Shown here: piece by piece, positions 12,400-25,740 of the stretch | Numbering within the stretch: position 1 is the stretch's first letter | Layout of the letters: every line of letters starts with the position of its first letter | Origin: Phaeosaccion multiseriatum | Taxonomy: Eukaryota; Protista; Ochrophyta, other classes | Length of the DNA stretch: 64,000 nt | NCBI GenBank assembly: GCA_965112735.1 | Contig: OZ218953.1 | Coordinates: forward strand, 4,278,001 to 4,342,000 | Direction of reading: 5' to 3' | Translations under genes and position numbers: made by a program | Notes under the pieces: model-generated | Seen by the model: only the letters and a program-made list of their open reading frames with translations | Told to the model about the DNA's origin: nothing | Database searches by the model: none

Positions 12400-13862
12400 T
12401 AGAGAGAGAGTGTGTGTTTGTGCGTGTCTCCCTGCAACCGACAGACCCATCCTTCCCCACCCACCGCCCCCTTGGGACCACAGACTCGGTTCTCTTGTCT
12501 CGTCCGGTCCCTCCCCTCTACCCCCCTCTTGCCTCCTCTCAGAGCGTGCCATTGTTGACTCCTTTGCCTCCCTCGCTGTGCCTGTGAGCCCCCACCTTAA
12601 CAAATAACGCTTACCTTGACTTGCCCCACCAGTAGACTGGCGTCCCCATCACCAGCTTCCACATGCCTAAAAATGTCCTCGACAACCCGTCCAGTCAACC
12701 CCTCCCTTGTCCCCCTTTCCCTCTTCCACCCCCCTCGTCCTCCTGCTCCTGCTCCTCCTGCTGCTACTGCGGGTCCGTCTCCTTGTTCTCCTTCTGGGTC
12801 GCCGACCCCCCTGGTACCTGTCTCCTGCCCTCCTGGCTGCAGCTCTCCCGCAACTCCCTCCTCCCCCCTAGTGGCTTCTTCCAAGCCATCAGGGGGAGTC
12901 GGAGAGCCCCCTCGGGAGCCGCCCTCTGGAGGAGAGCCGCCTTCTGGAGAGCTTTCAGGTGTGACCGTTCCAATCCATGTGTCAGGAGTCACACAGCCGG
13001 GGGCACGGGGAAGGAAACGACTGCTGCTTGGTGCGACAGAGGGTGGAGACAAGGTCGTGGGAGCAGAGCCAAAGACGGAGAAAGTCTTGCCGCTACCCGT
13101 TTGCCCATAGGCAAAGACGGTGGAGTGGAAGCCCCGCCACAAGCTCTCCACAAGGGGTGCCGCCACAGCTTGGTACACATCCTCCTGCGAGGCCTCTCCG
13201 CCAAACGCCTTGTCAAACATAAAGGAGTGCTGCTTCGGACTGGGGGCTGAGGGGGAGTCCGCACTCAGCGGCGAGTCTGACCCACTCACACCGTCGTCGG
13301 GACCCATGCTGCCACTATGCAGAATCTCCCCTGAGCCCCCCACCCCGCCGCTCACTCCTCCTGCTGGCAGAGGGGACGAGGAGCTGCGCCTCCACAGGCC
13401 TGGACTGCCACTGCCATTGAAGTTCACTTTCTGTGGGACGCCGCTGGCCCGCAAAGCCCCAGAGCCGCCATACTGCAGCACTACCTGATCTCCTCCCGAC
13501 TGTTGCGGCTGCTGCTGCGGGGCTGCAGCGGATATATCCGAGAGGCATGATGCGGTCCCTTCGGTCGAGGTCAGCGGTCTGTCAAGGTGGACAGGCGCGA
13601 GATTGGTGGCGCCAGGGACACGAGGCAGCGAGGGTGTGAGAGAGGCGTATCAACAGAGCACAGAGAAAATGGAGACAGGGCGGTAGCGCCGTCAACAGAG
13701 ACGGCAAGCACGGGGACGATCAAAACACACTATACGACGCCATGGTGTTTGAGGCGCTCTCAGAGAGGGGCAGAAAATATTTCGTCGCTTGTCTTTTTCG
13801 CACCTGAATCGGCAGTACACCCTGATGTTCGTGCTGGACCCCTCTTCCACTGGGTTTGGCAT
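8312..13862 (-). CDS. Kinesin with N-terminal motor domain (kinesin-1/KHC-like) and coiled-coil tail, multi-exon
   Basis: [20 protein letters not shown]|PL, FMFDKAF, P-loop [26 protein letters not shown], switch I NSRSSRSH, switch [47 protein letters not shown]; acidic coiled-coil tail ending at 8312. Confidence 0.93.
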
Positions 13863-14409
13863 CCTCAAAGTCACTCCTACTTCCCTCAACCCTCTATAAA
13901 ATAAAAGAGGCAAGAGTTCGTTCCAAAGAAAATAGATGTCGAAACAGAAATTAGAAATTCGAATTTTGAATCGCGCACGCACGCACCCACGAATCTCTCC
14001 CCCTTTGGCCAGGCCTCAATTCCCCCACACGGTAGCAGGGTGTAAAAAGCAATTATAAAGATTAGCTTCGCTGCTGGGGTGGGTGAGTGTGTGATGAGCG
14101 TGGGGAGCGTCTTGGGATGGGCCAGGTGAAGAGGTTGTTTTTTGTTTTTTTTTGTTTTTTTTTTCTTTTTGGTGCGCGGATGGACGCTGCGATTCTGGGT
14201 GGCCTTTGGTACCCCCCAATCAACACGTTATTAGTGTTTTTGTACCCCTTTGCTGACTCTCCTTGCACCCATTATAATAATACTCCTCATTCCTTTGATC
14301 CATATCCTCAACGGGCTTCTTGTCAGAGGTGATAGTCAGGTCTGAACGGCCCCGTGAGGGGGGCATAGGCGCTGCGATATGCTCTGTGTGTTCCTCTTCA
14401 GACTCCAAG

Positions 14410-17400
14410 ATGAATCTGGAGGACCATGACGAGCCGAGTACGGCGCGTGAGGCTATGGACGACGTGGAGCACGGCGCAGGAACAGTACGAGGAGTACAAC
14501 GTAACAGAGAAGGGGGGGAGGGGTCTTCTCCTGTGTCCTCCAAATCACACCTGTTCAGAAGGCTCGAAGACAAGCACAGATCCAAGAGTGCCAACCACAC
14601 GACATTATCCTCCAGCTTTGGGCAGATGGAAAGGATGTCCTCCTTCAGGAAGAGTGCCGCTGGACAAGTGAGTAGTGATGAGAAAAAGGAGGAGAGACGA
14701 GATATCGGATCTCCGCAAGCTGAGGCCTCCTTCTGTCTCTTTCTATTCCGCTCGCGCTCTCCAACAACCTCCCCACAGGGCACCTCTTCCACTGCTGGCC
14801 ATGTCCCTCCTACCATCGTTCCTTCCGTGTTCTCGCCCTCTTCGAGCAGAGAAAATAATGCGGGACGGAGGACGGGGGGGGGTGGCTTGTTGGGCGGGGG
14901 GACGAGAGCCGAAGTGCAGAGTGAGACGAGGGCCGGCGAGCAGAGCGCAGTGGCATTAAAGGCGTTCCAAACCCGAACGCGTAGGTGCATGATGAGGGCG
15001 GCGGGTCTGAAGGGAGTCAAAGGAATGGGACTGGACGGATTGGGAGGCGAGGCCATCGGAAAGGTGAGACGGCAGGAGGGAGGGGGCTGGAAGCGGGTAC
15101 GACTTTCACCTGCAGCAGGTGAAGAGAGAGGATGCCCCTTCTTGCCCACGGGATGCTGAGATAGAGGCTCCTCCTCTCTGTTTGCCTGGCTGGCCTCTTC
15201 GCCACATGGCTCTCTCTCTCTCTCTCGTATCCCTCTTGTAGGGTGAAGTGAGCGTTACCTCACCCCCTCCCCCCGATTGTCGCTGTTGCTGCCTCTCATT
15301 CTCAAGGATCACCCTCGCGTTGGCCAGATGGAAGAATCCTCAACGTCTCCTTCGAGAGGGGGTGGGGTTGCTGACCCTCAACCTCACACCACCAGGGAGC
15401 CTTCTGATATGCGCCACTCGACGACTTCGGATGGGGGCAGCAGCGTTCCTCCGTCTCCCTCTGACTATAACGCCGCACTCACGCACGCACGGAGGCAAGT
15501 TGATTCATTTTAATGCGGATTTGTTTTTTTGTTGGTATCGAGGCCTGGGCAGCAAGCATGTGTTGGCACATGCGTCAGTGGTACTGTGCGTCCACTTGCA
15601 TTTTGGCCCCCCGTTATCCGCCCCTTCCGCCCCCACACCAGCCTCTACCCCCCCCTTCTTACTCTTAACTTACTTTTACGTGGACCCCTTCCCATTCCCC
15701 TTCGCGCAGGAAGACGGTTGGAGGGGGGGGGAAGGACAGCGGAAGAGCGGATCTGGGGGCGGTGGGGGCAGACTTTGGCGAGTATCAAAACATGGGGGGG
15801 AACTTGGAGCTTGGCAAGGCGCTCCGGTCAAATTTCAATCACAAGCAGTGGGAGCTCAGGCACTCTTCCGATGAGAGCCATGACAAAGGAGGAGGAGCAG
15901 GAGGAGGAGGAGGAGGAGGGGGAGGAGAGGAGCACAACCATCACCATCATCAGGAGGGGGACGAAATCGACGGCGGGGAGAACGGCAGCCATCCCAAAGA
16001 GCCGGCGGAGAAGAGGAGATGGCTCGGAAGGGCTGATAGCAAAGTGCCCACACCGAGGCGCAGCCTTGAGCAGTGCCACCAAAAAGAGAAGCCTGGAGGA
16101 GAGGACTTTGTGTGAGTGTGTGGTGAAGGGGCCGTGTGTGGGTGACTGCTTGCATTTTTTTTGGCTCAGAAGTGTTTCTGGTCTGGAGCGGGGAGTGGGG
16201 AGATGGAAAGAGAGAAGAAGAGAAAGAGGGGGAGGGAGAGGGGGCGAGAGACAGACAGACTGCGGGAGAGAAGGAGAGAGAGAGTGGGTGGGTTGCGTCC
16301 TCGTCTTACTTCTTCAACCACGTCACCATCGCCGCGCGTCCCGCTGATTTCATCTTTTGCAAACCTTTGTGCTTGTGCTTGCGTTAATTTCATTTCAACT
16401 CACCCTCTACCTTCCATCGTTCCTCTTGTAACATACCTAAACAAATACGCAGGCCGCCGAAAGCCGTGTTGGACGATATGCCGGAGGACGACGAAGTGGA
16501 GGAAAAGTTGATGATCGGAGAGATTAGATCGGTTCGGATACGAGACGAAGCCGTTACCATGGCCTGGTTCATTCTTTACAGCCTCGTCATTCTTGTGCCC
16601 TGCACCATTGTACACTTCGTGATGGGCTCCAAGTCTCAGGTGTGTGTGTGTGTGTGTGTGTGCGTGTGCGTGTGCGTGTGCGTGTGTGTGGGTGCATGCT
16701 TGTGCGTGTCTGTCTCTCTGGGCGCCAGGTTGGCACTGAAGCAATGCTGTAAGCAATCGACCGATTGGATGTATGGCCAATGAACTGAAACTGAAGCTGA
16801 TGTGGGAACAACTCATTGACCAAGCCAAGACTCACTTCCTGCTTCCCTCCTTCTCCTCCTCTCTTCCTACTCGGCTGTGCCGCCACTTTTCCTTGCTTAT
16901 CCTTCAGATCGCTGGTTTGGGGCTCGTTTGGTGGGCCCTGGGCGTATCGCTGGCGCTCATCTCGCTGCCGTGCACCCACTTCATCACCCGATTCTCCGCC
17001 TTTATATGCACCAACTTCCTCACCACTTTGCTGTATCGAAGGTGAGGGAGGGGGGGGGCAGAGCAGAGAGAAGAGTGTGAGCCAAGGGGTAGGGGTCAAA
17101 GAGGTTTTTGGCCCAGGTGAAAGAGAGGGAGGCAAGGCTTTACACTTGGAACGAGAGGGACACGCACACACACACACACGTTCACACACTCACCCTTGCA
17201 CTCGTCTGTACCCCTCTGGCAGCAACATTCTCTACTATTTCGTGGCCCTCCACAACAACGTGGCGCTGCTGTTCTGGAGCATCTTCCTCCTCGTGGCGGC
17301 GGAGCAATTTCTGGACGGAAACCTCAGCAGCAAAGTTGTCTACAGTTCGCTCTGTGAGTGAAGAAGAACAGGGAAGGGGGAAGGGGGACGGGGGAGAGAG

Positions 17401-20400
17401 TGAAGGGGGAAAGGGGAAGGGAGACATGGGGTGGGCTTAGGAGACGGAGGAAAGGGGAGGAGAGGAAAAGGCTGAAGGAGGCCGGGCGGCTGTGTGTGCC
17501 CACGGCTGACTTGAGATCCTGATGCAAGCTTTTCTCCCACTCTCCCACTCTCCCTTCCCCCCCCCCTCCACATCTCCCTCCTCCCTCCCTCATATGACAG
17601 GGAGCACTCTGGCCTGCTTCCTCGCCTTCCGCGTGGGCTGGTTCATCAAGGACTTCTTCGTGCTCGTCATCGCCACGCGCTACCTGTGGAAGCCCTATTT
17701 AGAGCGCGTGCAATCCAACATTTTTGCTCAGACAGTCCTACACATGCTGACGGACTACACCACCAAGGTAAGTCAAGCTTGATCTTTAATCTGGCTGGAA
17801 GGTGGACTTGTTACACGCCCTGCCTTCTCCACACCCTCCCAGCCATCCCCTCACACACACCAAAGTCGGTCTGGTAGGAGCTATCACCTCCTCCATCCAC
17901 TCCCCCCCCTGCCCCTCTCCTACTCCCCCTCTCAGCCCCCCTCCTTCTCTCCCTCCCTCACTCCCTCTCTCTTCCTCAACCCCTTAACCCCTCTCTCCCA
18001 CCCTCCCCTCCCCTCCCCTCCCTCCCCCCCCCCTCAGGGCTACATTGAGAAGGCCGATGAGCGTTTCGCCATTCAAATCTCCAACCCCAAGAGCTTCAAC
18101 TGGAGCAAGATGAGTCTGTACGCCGTCAGTAAGGCCATCGGTTTCATCCCTCGTAACCGTCTGGGACATGAGTTCTTTAAAGAGCTGCTGCACACGAATG
18201 AGACGCTCGATAGCTCGCAGGAGGCCAAGATACTCGCTCACTTCCTCTTCGAGCAGGTGAGAGGAAGGTGGGGAGGGGAGGGGGGAGGAGCAAGGGAGGG
18301 GAAGAGTGGAGGGGGGGGGGGGGGAGTGGCTGCACCATCCCAAGGTCAGAGCTCAGATGTGGGAGTCCCTTTGCTAGTCTGTGCAAAGGCGGCCTCTCAT
18401 CGCTCGCTATTGATCTCGGTTTCCATGGCTTTCCCTCCCGCACCTCCCCCTCTTCCCCCCCTTTGTCTCTGTGTGTACAGTCCCCTCCTCTATTCGTCCA
18501 TCACCGCCTCCTTTACCAACGTGTACCGTGCCATGGCTGCCCCTGACCTCTCTTCTTGTTGCTTGCGTGTCTGACCTCCTCTGCTCCTGCGCTTGCTCCT
18601 CTTCCTCCTCTTTTGCTTTTTTTTTTCTCTCTCGTCTGTCTCTCGCTGTCTCTCTCTTTCTCCCACAGCTCATCCTCATCTCCACGAGTGACCAGCGTGA
18701 GCAGAAGCGCACCAATCGCATAAGCCTTCGTGGCAAGCCCAGTCTTTCCTCCCACCGCTCCTCTTACCACAAGAAGGCTGCCCCTGCCGCAGTAAAGAAG
18801 GGATCGAACATGGTGTCTGTCACGGACAAGCCTTGGTGAGGACGAGAGTGTTACGTACGTATGGTGCCTTACCATCACCTCGAAAGCAAGTGCACAGCAC
18901 ACTTCAGTTTCTCATTCACGCCTCACGTCTCGTCTCCTCTTCCTCTTCCCCTTGGCAAAGCAAGTGCAATGTCCTGTCGTGTGTGTGTATATGTGTGTTT
19001 GTGTGTGTGTTCGCTGGCAAGAGTCGTGGAGTAAGTCGTTTTTCTTCTTTTCTGCTGCTGGACCTCCGTTCCTCTTGTCCCTCATTCCTCCTTCCTGCCC
19101 TGTCTTCGCCCACCGATCCCAAGGCGCTAACACAAACACACACACTAGCACACACCCAACTGTCTCTCTTTCTCTCACAGCTCTCTCTCCCAAATACCTC
19201 TCCTTCTTTCCCTCCCTCTCTCCCTCCCTCTCTCTCTGTCTCCCCACGCATCATACACAGGGGCTACTCCAGTTTTTCTCAGTTCCCGGATGGCCCTGAT
19301 AGCGCGCGTCTAACAGGTGAGAGTGAGTGCGTGCGTATGTGCGTTTGTGCGTGAGTGTGTTCGTGCGTACTTACACTACGCCTCTTTAACTGACATGACC
19401 TTGCCTATGTGTGGGAAGGCCGATCGCTCCCCTCCTCGCCCGAGGGTAGGCTCTCGCATGTGTTCGTTGCGCTGTTTGATTGATTGATTGGTTGATTGAC
19501 TGTCTTGTCCTCCCGCTTGACTCTCTATGCAGACAACGAGAGCGACTACAGCAGCGCACACCCCTCCTCAGTATCAGAGGGGCTGCGCTACCCCTCTGGG
19601 GGCAGTGTAGACGGCGATTTTTTCGATGGAGAGGGCAGCAGTATGGCTCGAGGTGGAGCAGGGGGAGGGGGAGGATCAGTACCAGTAGGAGTAGGAGGAG
19701 GAGGAGGAGGAGGAGGAGGAGGAGGAGGAGGAGGAGGAGGGAACTCGGCCACGAGGGAGGAAGTGACGCAGATTGGCGGACCGACTTTGAGGTGAGGAGG
19801 AAGAAGAGGGGAAGGGGAGGGGGGGGGGGCTCAAAGGAAGCTAAGCTTGTCGGCGAGAATGAGTTAGCGCAGCTGTTGATAGAGTCATGCGGACAGGCAG
19901 GCGGACAGACGGGCGGATAGACAGACAGGCAGAGAGAGAGAGAAGAAAGACAGGCAGAGAGAGGGGAGATTGCTCCATGCTTCACTCCTTTATTTCTTTG
20001 ACCTTACGCCCTCTGCCCCCCCCCTGTGTGTGGTGTGTGGTGCGGTGGTGCGATCGTGTGGTGGATGGTTATATCGCGTCTCCTATCTGTCCATTCTCGC
20101 AGTCGCAGTGTGCCGGGGACGGGACTTCCCCCTCCTCCCGCTGTCGGCCCCGGCGCTTCCAGCCCCATTGCCCCCTCGAGCGGCACTGAACTGACCGGCA
20201 CTCACATTGTGAGTGGTCCTCAATACATACCTGCGGGCTCCCAAAGGCTGGATGGAAACGAGCAGAACAGCAGCAACAAGAGCTGGTTCCCTCGCTCTTC
20301 ATCCGCGCCCGCCGTCTCCTCTTCCAAGTCGCAGCAGCAGTCGCAACAACAGTCGCATTTCAATCAATCCCAGTCGCAACAGCAGCAGCCGCAGCGGAAT

Positions 20401-22384
20401 AACACGTTCTCGCCTCCCCAGCTGCAGGGACAGGGTCAAGGTCAAGAACAAGGGGAGTATGTGGAGTATGAAGGAGCCGAGCTGACGGAGGAGGAGAGGC
20501 AGATCCTGGAGGAGGATCGCATCCTTGCGGAGAACACGGAGCTTGTGCCGGAGGCGTTCTGCAAGAGCATGCACAAGACGCTCTTACTGAGGGTGCGTGT
20601 TGTGTGTATGTGTGTGTTTGTGTGTGTGTCTGTCTCTGTCCTTTGCATGTTATCTCTCCCTCTCTGGCCCCGCGTGTGTGTGTTTTGCCTTCTTCTTCTG
20701 CGCGTGCGCTGTCTGTTACGTATGAGTGGGTGAGTGAGTGAGTGAGTGAGTGAGTGAGAGAGGGAGGGAGGGAGGGAGGGAGTGAGAAAGTGAGTGGGTG
20801 GGTTAGGGAGTGAGTGAATGAGTGAGTGAGTGAGGCCCTCCTCCCCTCACGTGTGCTGACCTGTACCCCCCTTGCTTTACCTCCCTTTACCCCCGCGTAC
20901 CTCCCTTCCTCCCTTCCTCCCCTTGCCTCCTCTTCCACTTTGCTGCCTACGTCCGCGCAGGCTTTTAAGCTCTTCGACGCCGACGACGGCGGCACAGTCA
21001 CATTGGAAGAGATGGTAAATGCTGTTGTGGGCATATTCCGCGATCACCGGAGCCTGGCGCTGACCATTAAGGACAGCCAGGGCATCGCCAACAAGCTCGG
21101 ATACCTTGCGGGGGGTGTCATCATCTTCATCCTTATTGTGAGGCCTGGAAAGGGGCGGGGATCTCTAGCTAGGGGCAAAGTGAATGGAAGGAAGGAGCAA
21201 GTGCTGGAAGCAGACGCTCACACCCGTCGTTCATCCCTCTTCTCCTCCCTCACGTGCGGCCTCCCCTCCCCTCCTCTCCCCTCCCCACTCCTCTCCTCCC
21301 CTCCCCTCCCCTCCCCTCCTCTCGCCTCGCCTCGCCTCGCCTCGACTACCCTTCAGTTTGTGTTCCTCAGTCTATGGGGGCAGGATGTGATGGCCCTCTC
21401 TGTAACTTTGGCGTCATTTCTAGTGGGGGCTGCCTTCATGCTCGGTCCTTCCTCGGCACAGCTCATGCAGTCCATTGTCTTCGTATTCGTGCAGCGGTGA
21501 GTGAGTGAGTGAGTGAGGAGGGAAGGGGGGAGGGAGCGAGAGAGGGGGGATTCACCCACCTACACACACACACACTTACGCACACACATGTACACACACA
21601 CACACACTCAGAGTCTACGACGTTGGCGACCGCGTCTTCATCACCACCAGCGACGGCACCGTCCACAACATGATTGTGATGAAGATCGACCTCCTCAGTA
21701 CCGTGTTTAAGCGCTGGGACGAGCAGCTCTGGTACATACCAAACCAAAAGCTGGCGCAGATGAGCATTGTCAACATCCATCGGTCGGAGGGGCAATGGCA
21801 TGAGTTCTTTATTCAAGTGTCGAGCAGCACCGCCCCTGCTAAGATGGAGACCCTCAGGGAGAGGCTATTGGAGTTTGCAAGGTCGAACGACAAGCCGAAT
21901 GGATTGTACCCTGTCGTGGCGTTTGCGCAGGTTGGGGTGGCGGACAGTACGAAGATGACGGTTCGCATTTGCTTTAGGCAAAAGTCCAACTGGCAGGTGA
22001 GTCAGTGAGTGATTTAACCTCCTCCCTGTCTTCTTGACACGCAGACCGGAGAAACTCTGGCGTGGAATCCAGCATCCAGCAGGTCTTCCCTCTCATCACC
22101 CCCTCCCTCTGGCTGTCCCTCGCTTCCTCTCCCTCCCCCTCCCCCCGCCCCCTTTTCTCCCCTCTCTCTCTCTCCCTCCCTCTCTCTTGGTGTGCGTGCG
22201 TGTGTGCGTGTGTGCGTGTGTGCGCGTGTGTGCTTGTCGACCAACACTGCAGGACATCTCCAACAAGTGGGCGAAGCAGAGCCTGTGCACCGGGGCCATT
22301 GCCACTCGCTGCACGGAGCTTGGCATCTCTTACTCCCTGCCCGAACAGCCTGTCAACCTCAAGACCAACCTCAAGCTGCAGTGA
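14410..22384 (+). CDS. MscS-like (MSL) mechanosensitive ion channel with EF-hand, multi-exon
   Basis: Low-complexity N-terminus and several TM exons (16450-17770). YLERVQSNIFAQTVL and EAKILAHFLF match eukaryotic MSL motifs. EF-hand AFKLFDADDGGTVTLEE. MscS core SIVFVFVQR|VYDVGDRVFI...KIDLLSTVFKRWDEQLWYIPNQKL..IVNIHRS. Stop at 22382-22384. The start codon and 5' exons are less certain. Confidence 0.88.
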
Positions 22385-22845
22385 GGGGTAGGGCAGGGAG
22401 AGCGAATGTGGTGTGGGCAAAGGACCCACTACGATTTATTTTGTACAGTGTAATTGGCATTAGAAGAGGGAGAGTTCTCCTCCCCTCTCTTCCAGAGGGA
22501 GGCACCATCCTCTCTTCTAGAGGGTCCGAAGGCTTTGCGGAGAGGAGAGGTGCACCTCTCCGCAACCTTTGATTTGCAAGGTATTTATTATTCGGTGTCG
22601 ACTAATGAGAAGGTTTTGAGTGTTCTGAGGACGTAACTCTCCCCCTTGGCTCTGAGCGTGTTGCTGTCGCAGCTCCTCCTTGTCTCATGAGTATCGCGTG
22701 TGGCAGCGATCTCGGTGTTAGTGTGCGTGCGTGCGTGTGTTGTGAGGTGAAAGTGGTGTGGCTGGTGGTATACTTGCTTGCTGTGAGGATGACATGTGAT
22801 TAATACCATTAAGTGCCATCTATGTGAACCCATACACAATCACAA

Positions 22846-25127
22846 ATGGCCCCCTGTTTGGACCACCAACCTTCTTACACCGCCAGCACCGAGGCCGAGG
22901 TTTCGGCCATTCACATTCAAGTGCAGCGGTGGCTCACCTGCAGATCCCCTCCGATCTCGGGGTAGTGATAGTAGAGGCAAGAGCGGACTTGCTCGCAACG
23001 GCCAAGACTTTGTTGGGTGTCTCTGCCGACTGCACGGGGCCTGCCGGTCGAGCGAAGCTCCTCCGGACCGGGGCGGCCAGGCATGACGTTAGCGTCTCGT
23101 CGTCAGGGCAGCGCATCTTCGGAGAGACAGATCTGAACCTACACTCTGCTCCTGCCAAGCTGCTCGTGGACCTCGTCAAGGCACAGGTGCGTTCAAGTCT
23201 GTGTGTCGGACAGGCAGGAAGACGAAGATGAAAGATCCTTTCAAAGGGGCGGGAGGAGGGCTGTCCATTTGGGCTGTCTTTCTCCCCCCCCCCCTCTACT
23301 CTCTATACCTCTCGTTTCATCACCGCACCCTTGCAACGACCCCATAATTCAGAGCTCCAATTTCGGGGATGGGACTCTCTTCGTTGTCAACCTCACCAGC
23401 CGTCTTCTAGTGGCTGCCCTCGATCCAACATGGCTCACAAAGAGCAGCAGCAACAGCAAGGGGCTCTCGCCTTCGAGAAGGAGTCACTATCCCGCCGCCC
23501 CCGCTTCTCCGTTTATTCACGCCACTCGCGAGGCCTACAACATCGCTGTGGAGTGGGCGCTCGCCTACCTTCACGAGCCGGCCTGCCCTGCCACGCTGCC
23601 CGTCAGCTGGTGCCGCACCTCCGCTGTGCTGGCTCTCATCCGCAGCGTGGTGGGAGCCAAGAACCCCGTTCTGAGGCTCCGAGCAGGGGAGTTGACGCGC
23701 TTGTCCAGAGTCTTACTGCGGACCTTTCTGGCGTCTCTCGAGCAAGGGGAGGGCATTGGCGCTGGCCATGGGGAGGGAGACGGGCAGCTCACGCCCCACC
23801 TGCGACTGTTGTCTTGCACAGGGCCTGATGTGGACGAGAGTGAGGCCCTAGAGAGCTCCCTTCTACTGGACATGGCCCTTCCGGTGGGGGGGCGCGCGCT
23901 TCTCCCCAGCCAGCAACCTGTCACCATCGCCCTCCTTAATGTTTCTGTGCACGTGGACATAGCGGCGCGGACAGACGCAGCGAGAAAAAGCAATCTCGCC
24001 TTACGAGTGGCGACAGAATCCGATTTTCCTCATAGTGACGCGGCTGCGTGTTGCTCCTCCCGCTGGAGCGTGGAGGAGGTGGAGAAGGGTCAGCTCGAGG
24101 GGCTGTGTCAGGTCTTGCTTCACCTCGGTGTGGGCATCGTGGCGAGTCAGCGACTCCTCCACCCTTACTTGCAACGGCGACTGCTCGACCACGGCGTATT
24201 GCCGCTTCAGCGCCTGTCTGCCATGCACTTGAGTGCGGTCCAACAGCTGACGGGGGCTGCTGTGCTGGGAGAGTGGACGGGAGCGGCGGCAGGACCAGGG
24301 AAGCTCACAGCCGCCCATTTGGGGGTGGTGGGGAGGATGTATGTCCGGAGCGTGGGAGGAGGAGGAGGAGGAGGAGGAGGAGGAGGAGGAGGAGGAGGGG
24401 GTTCAGGGGAGAAAGGAGAGTGGCGTAAGAGGCCGCAAGCGGGGCGTGGCTGTCAGTTCTCTACTGCTGGACCGAGGGCAGCGGCAAGTGTGAGGCGGGG
24501 CAGCGCTTACCGCGGGGGTGTGCAAGAGTATTTGTGCTTGGAAGCTGCAGAGGAGGCCGCCGTTGTTGGCCTGGGGAGAAGCGGGGGGAGGAGTAGAGTA
24601 GACGCAGCGGCTGTGTTGGCCAGGAGGAAGCCCGTTTCAACGTTGGTGCTCTGCAGCCCTGACCAAGCTACCTGTGAGGAGCTGTCGTCGGCGGTGGAGG
24701 GGGCTGTGAAGGTTCTCCGCCACGCACTGAGGGAGCCTTTGGCGCTGGCAGGGGGCGGCTGTTGGGAAGTGCACGTGGCTGCCATGCTGCGAGCCAAAGT
24801 AGCTGCAGAGTTTCCTTCTACTGCCTTCGGGACCAACGAAACCGAGCAGCTGTATAGAGAAGAGCCTTCCCCTCACAATCACACCGGTGGTGGTGATTTT
24901 CCGGCCCCTCGAGACACTCAGGAGGGCACAGGAGGCAATGGTGACGACGACGGCGATGATGATGACGAGGTGAACGCTCTGCTTTCTGAGGCCAATGCTC
25001 AGCTCGGGGCGCTGGGGCGAGGGTATTCATCCCTGCTGCGAAGGGGTGTGGAGGCCTTTGCTGACTGCCTTGAGATGACAGCGTGCGAGAGGGGAGCAGC
25101 TCTCGGCCGGAGACGACGGACCCCTCG

Positions 25128-25169
<42 letters not shown>

Positions 25170-25668
25170 GTGCGGGCGTCACGTATCGCCGACAGAGGTG
25201 CTGGAGCTGCTTCGAAGAGCTAATGAGCGTACTTGTCGATCCAACAACAACCACCAGTACCACCACCAGCAGCAGCAGCAGCAGCAGCAGCAGGAGGAGG
25301 AGCAGCCAAAGCCCGGCACTCCACCGCCGCCAATGGAACTGTTTGGGCATGACGGTGGGGTTGCAGGACGCCTGGTCAGGGCAGCGACCCTCACCCCTGC
25401 CCGAGCCTCTGCTTCTACACGCCTGCGGTCGCGGTTAGAGGCCCAGTTAGGGGCGGACGAAGAGGACGAGGGGGAGGAGGAGGAGGACATCGCGCTCCTG
25501 CTGGCTGAGGAGGAGGACGAGGAAGGCCAGGAGGGAGGCCGCCGGGGCGTATTGTTGGAGGCGAGAGTGTTGGACGGTTTCTCCTCCAGGGTGGCGGCAC
25601 TGCGGACGGCGACCGAGACGTGTCTGTGCCTCATGACCGTCAAGGCCACCATCTTCAACGACACCTGA
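22846..25668 (+). CDS. MKKS: McKusick-Kaufman/Bardet-Biedl syndrome 6 chaperonin-like protein
   Basis: CTGPAGRAKLL...AKLLVDLVKAQ|SSNFGDGTLF; VGIVASQRLLHPYLQRRLLDHGVLPLQRL; TLVLCSPDQATCEEL...LREPLALAGGGCWEVHVAAMLR; VLDGFSSRVAALRTATETC. These resemble MKKS rather than the canonical CCT subunits. The start at 22846 assumes a short intron at 22900-22943 (tentative). Confidence 0.82.
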
Positions 25669-25740
25669 CTCTCTCTATCTCTTTCCCCCTTTTTCCTTTT
25701 GTATAGCCCGTCGAAAAGTAAAACATGAGAGAGATACAAT

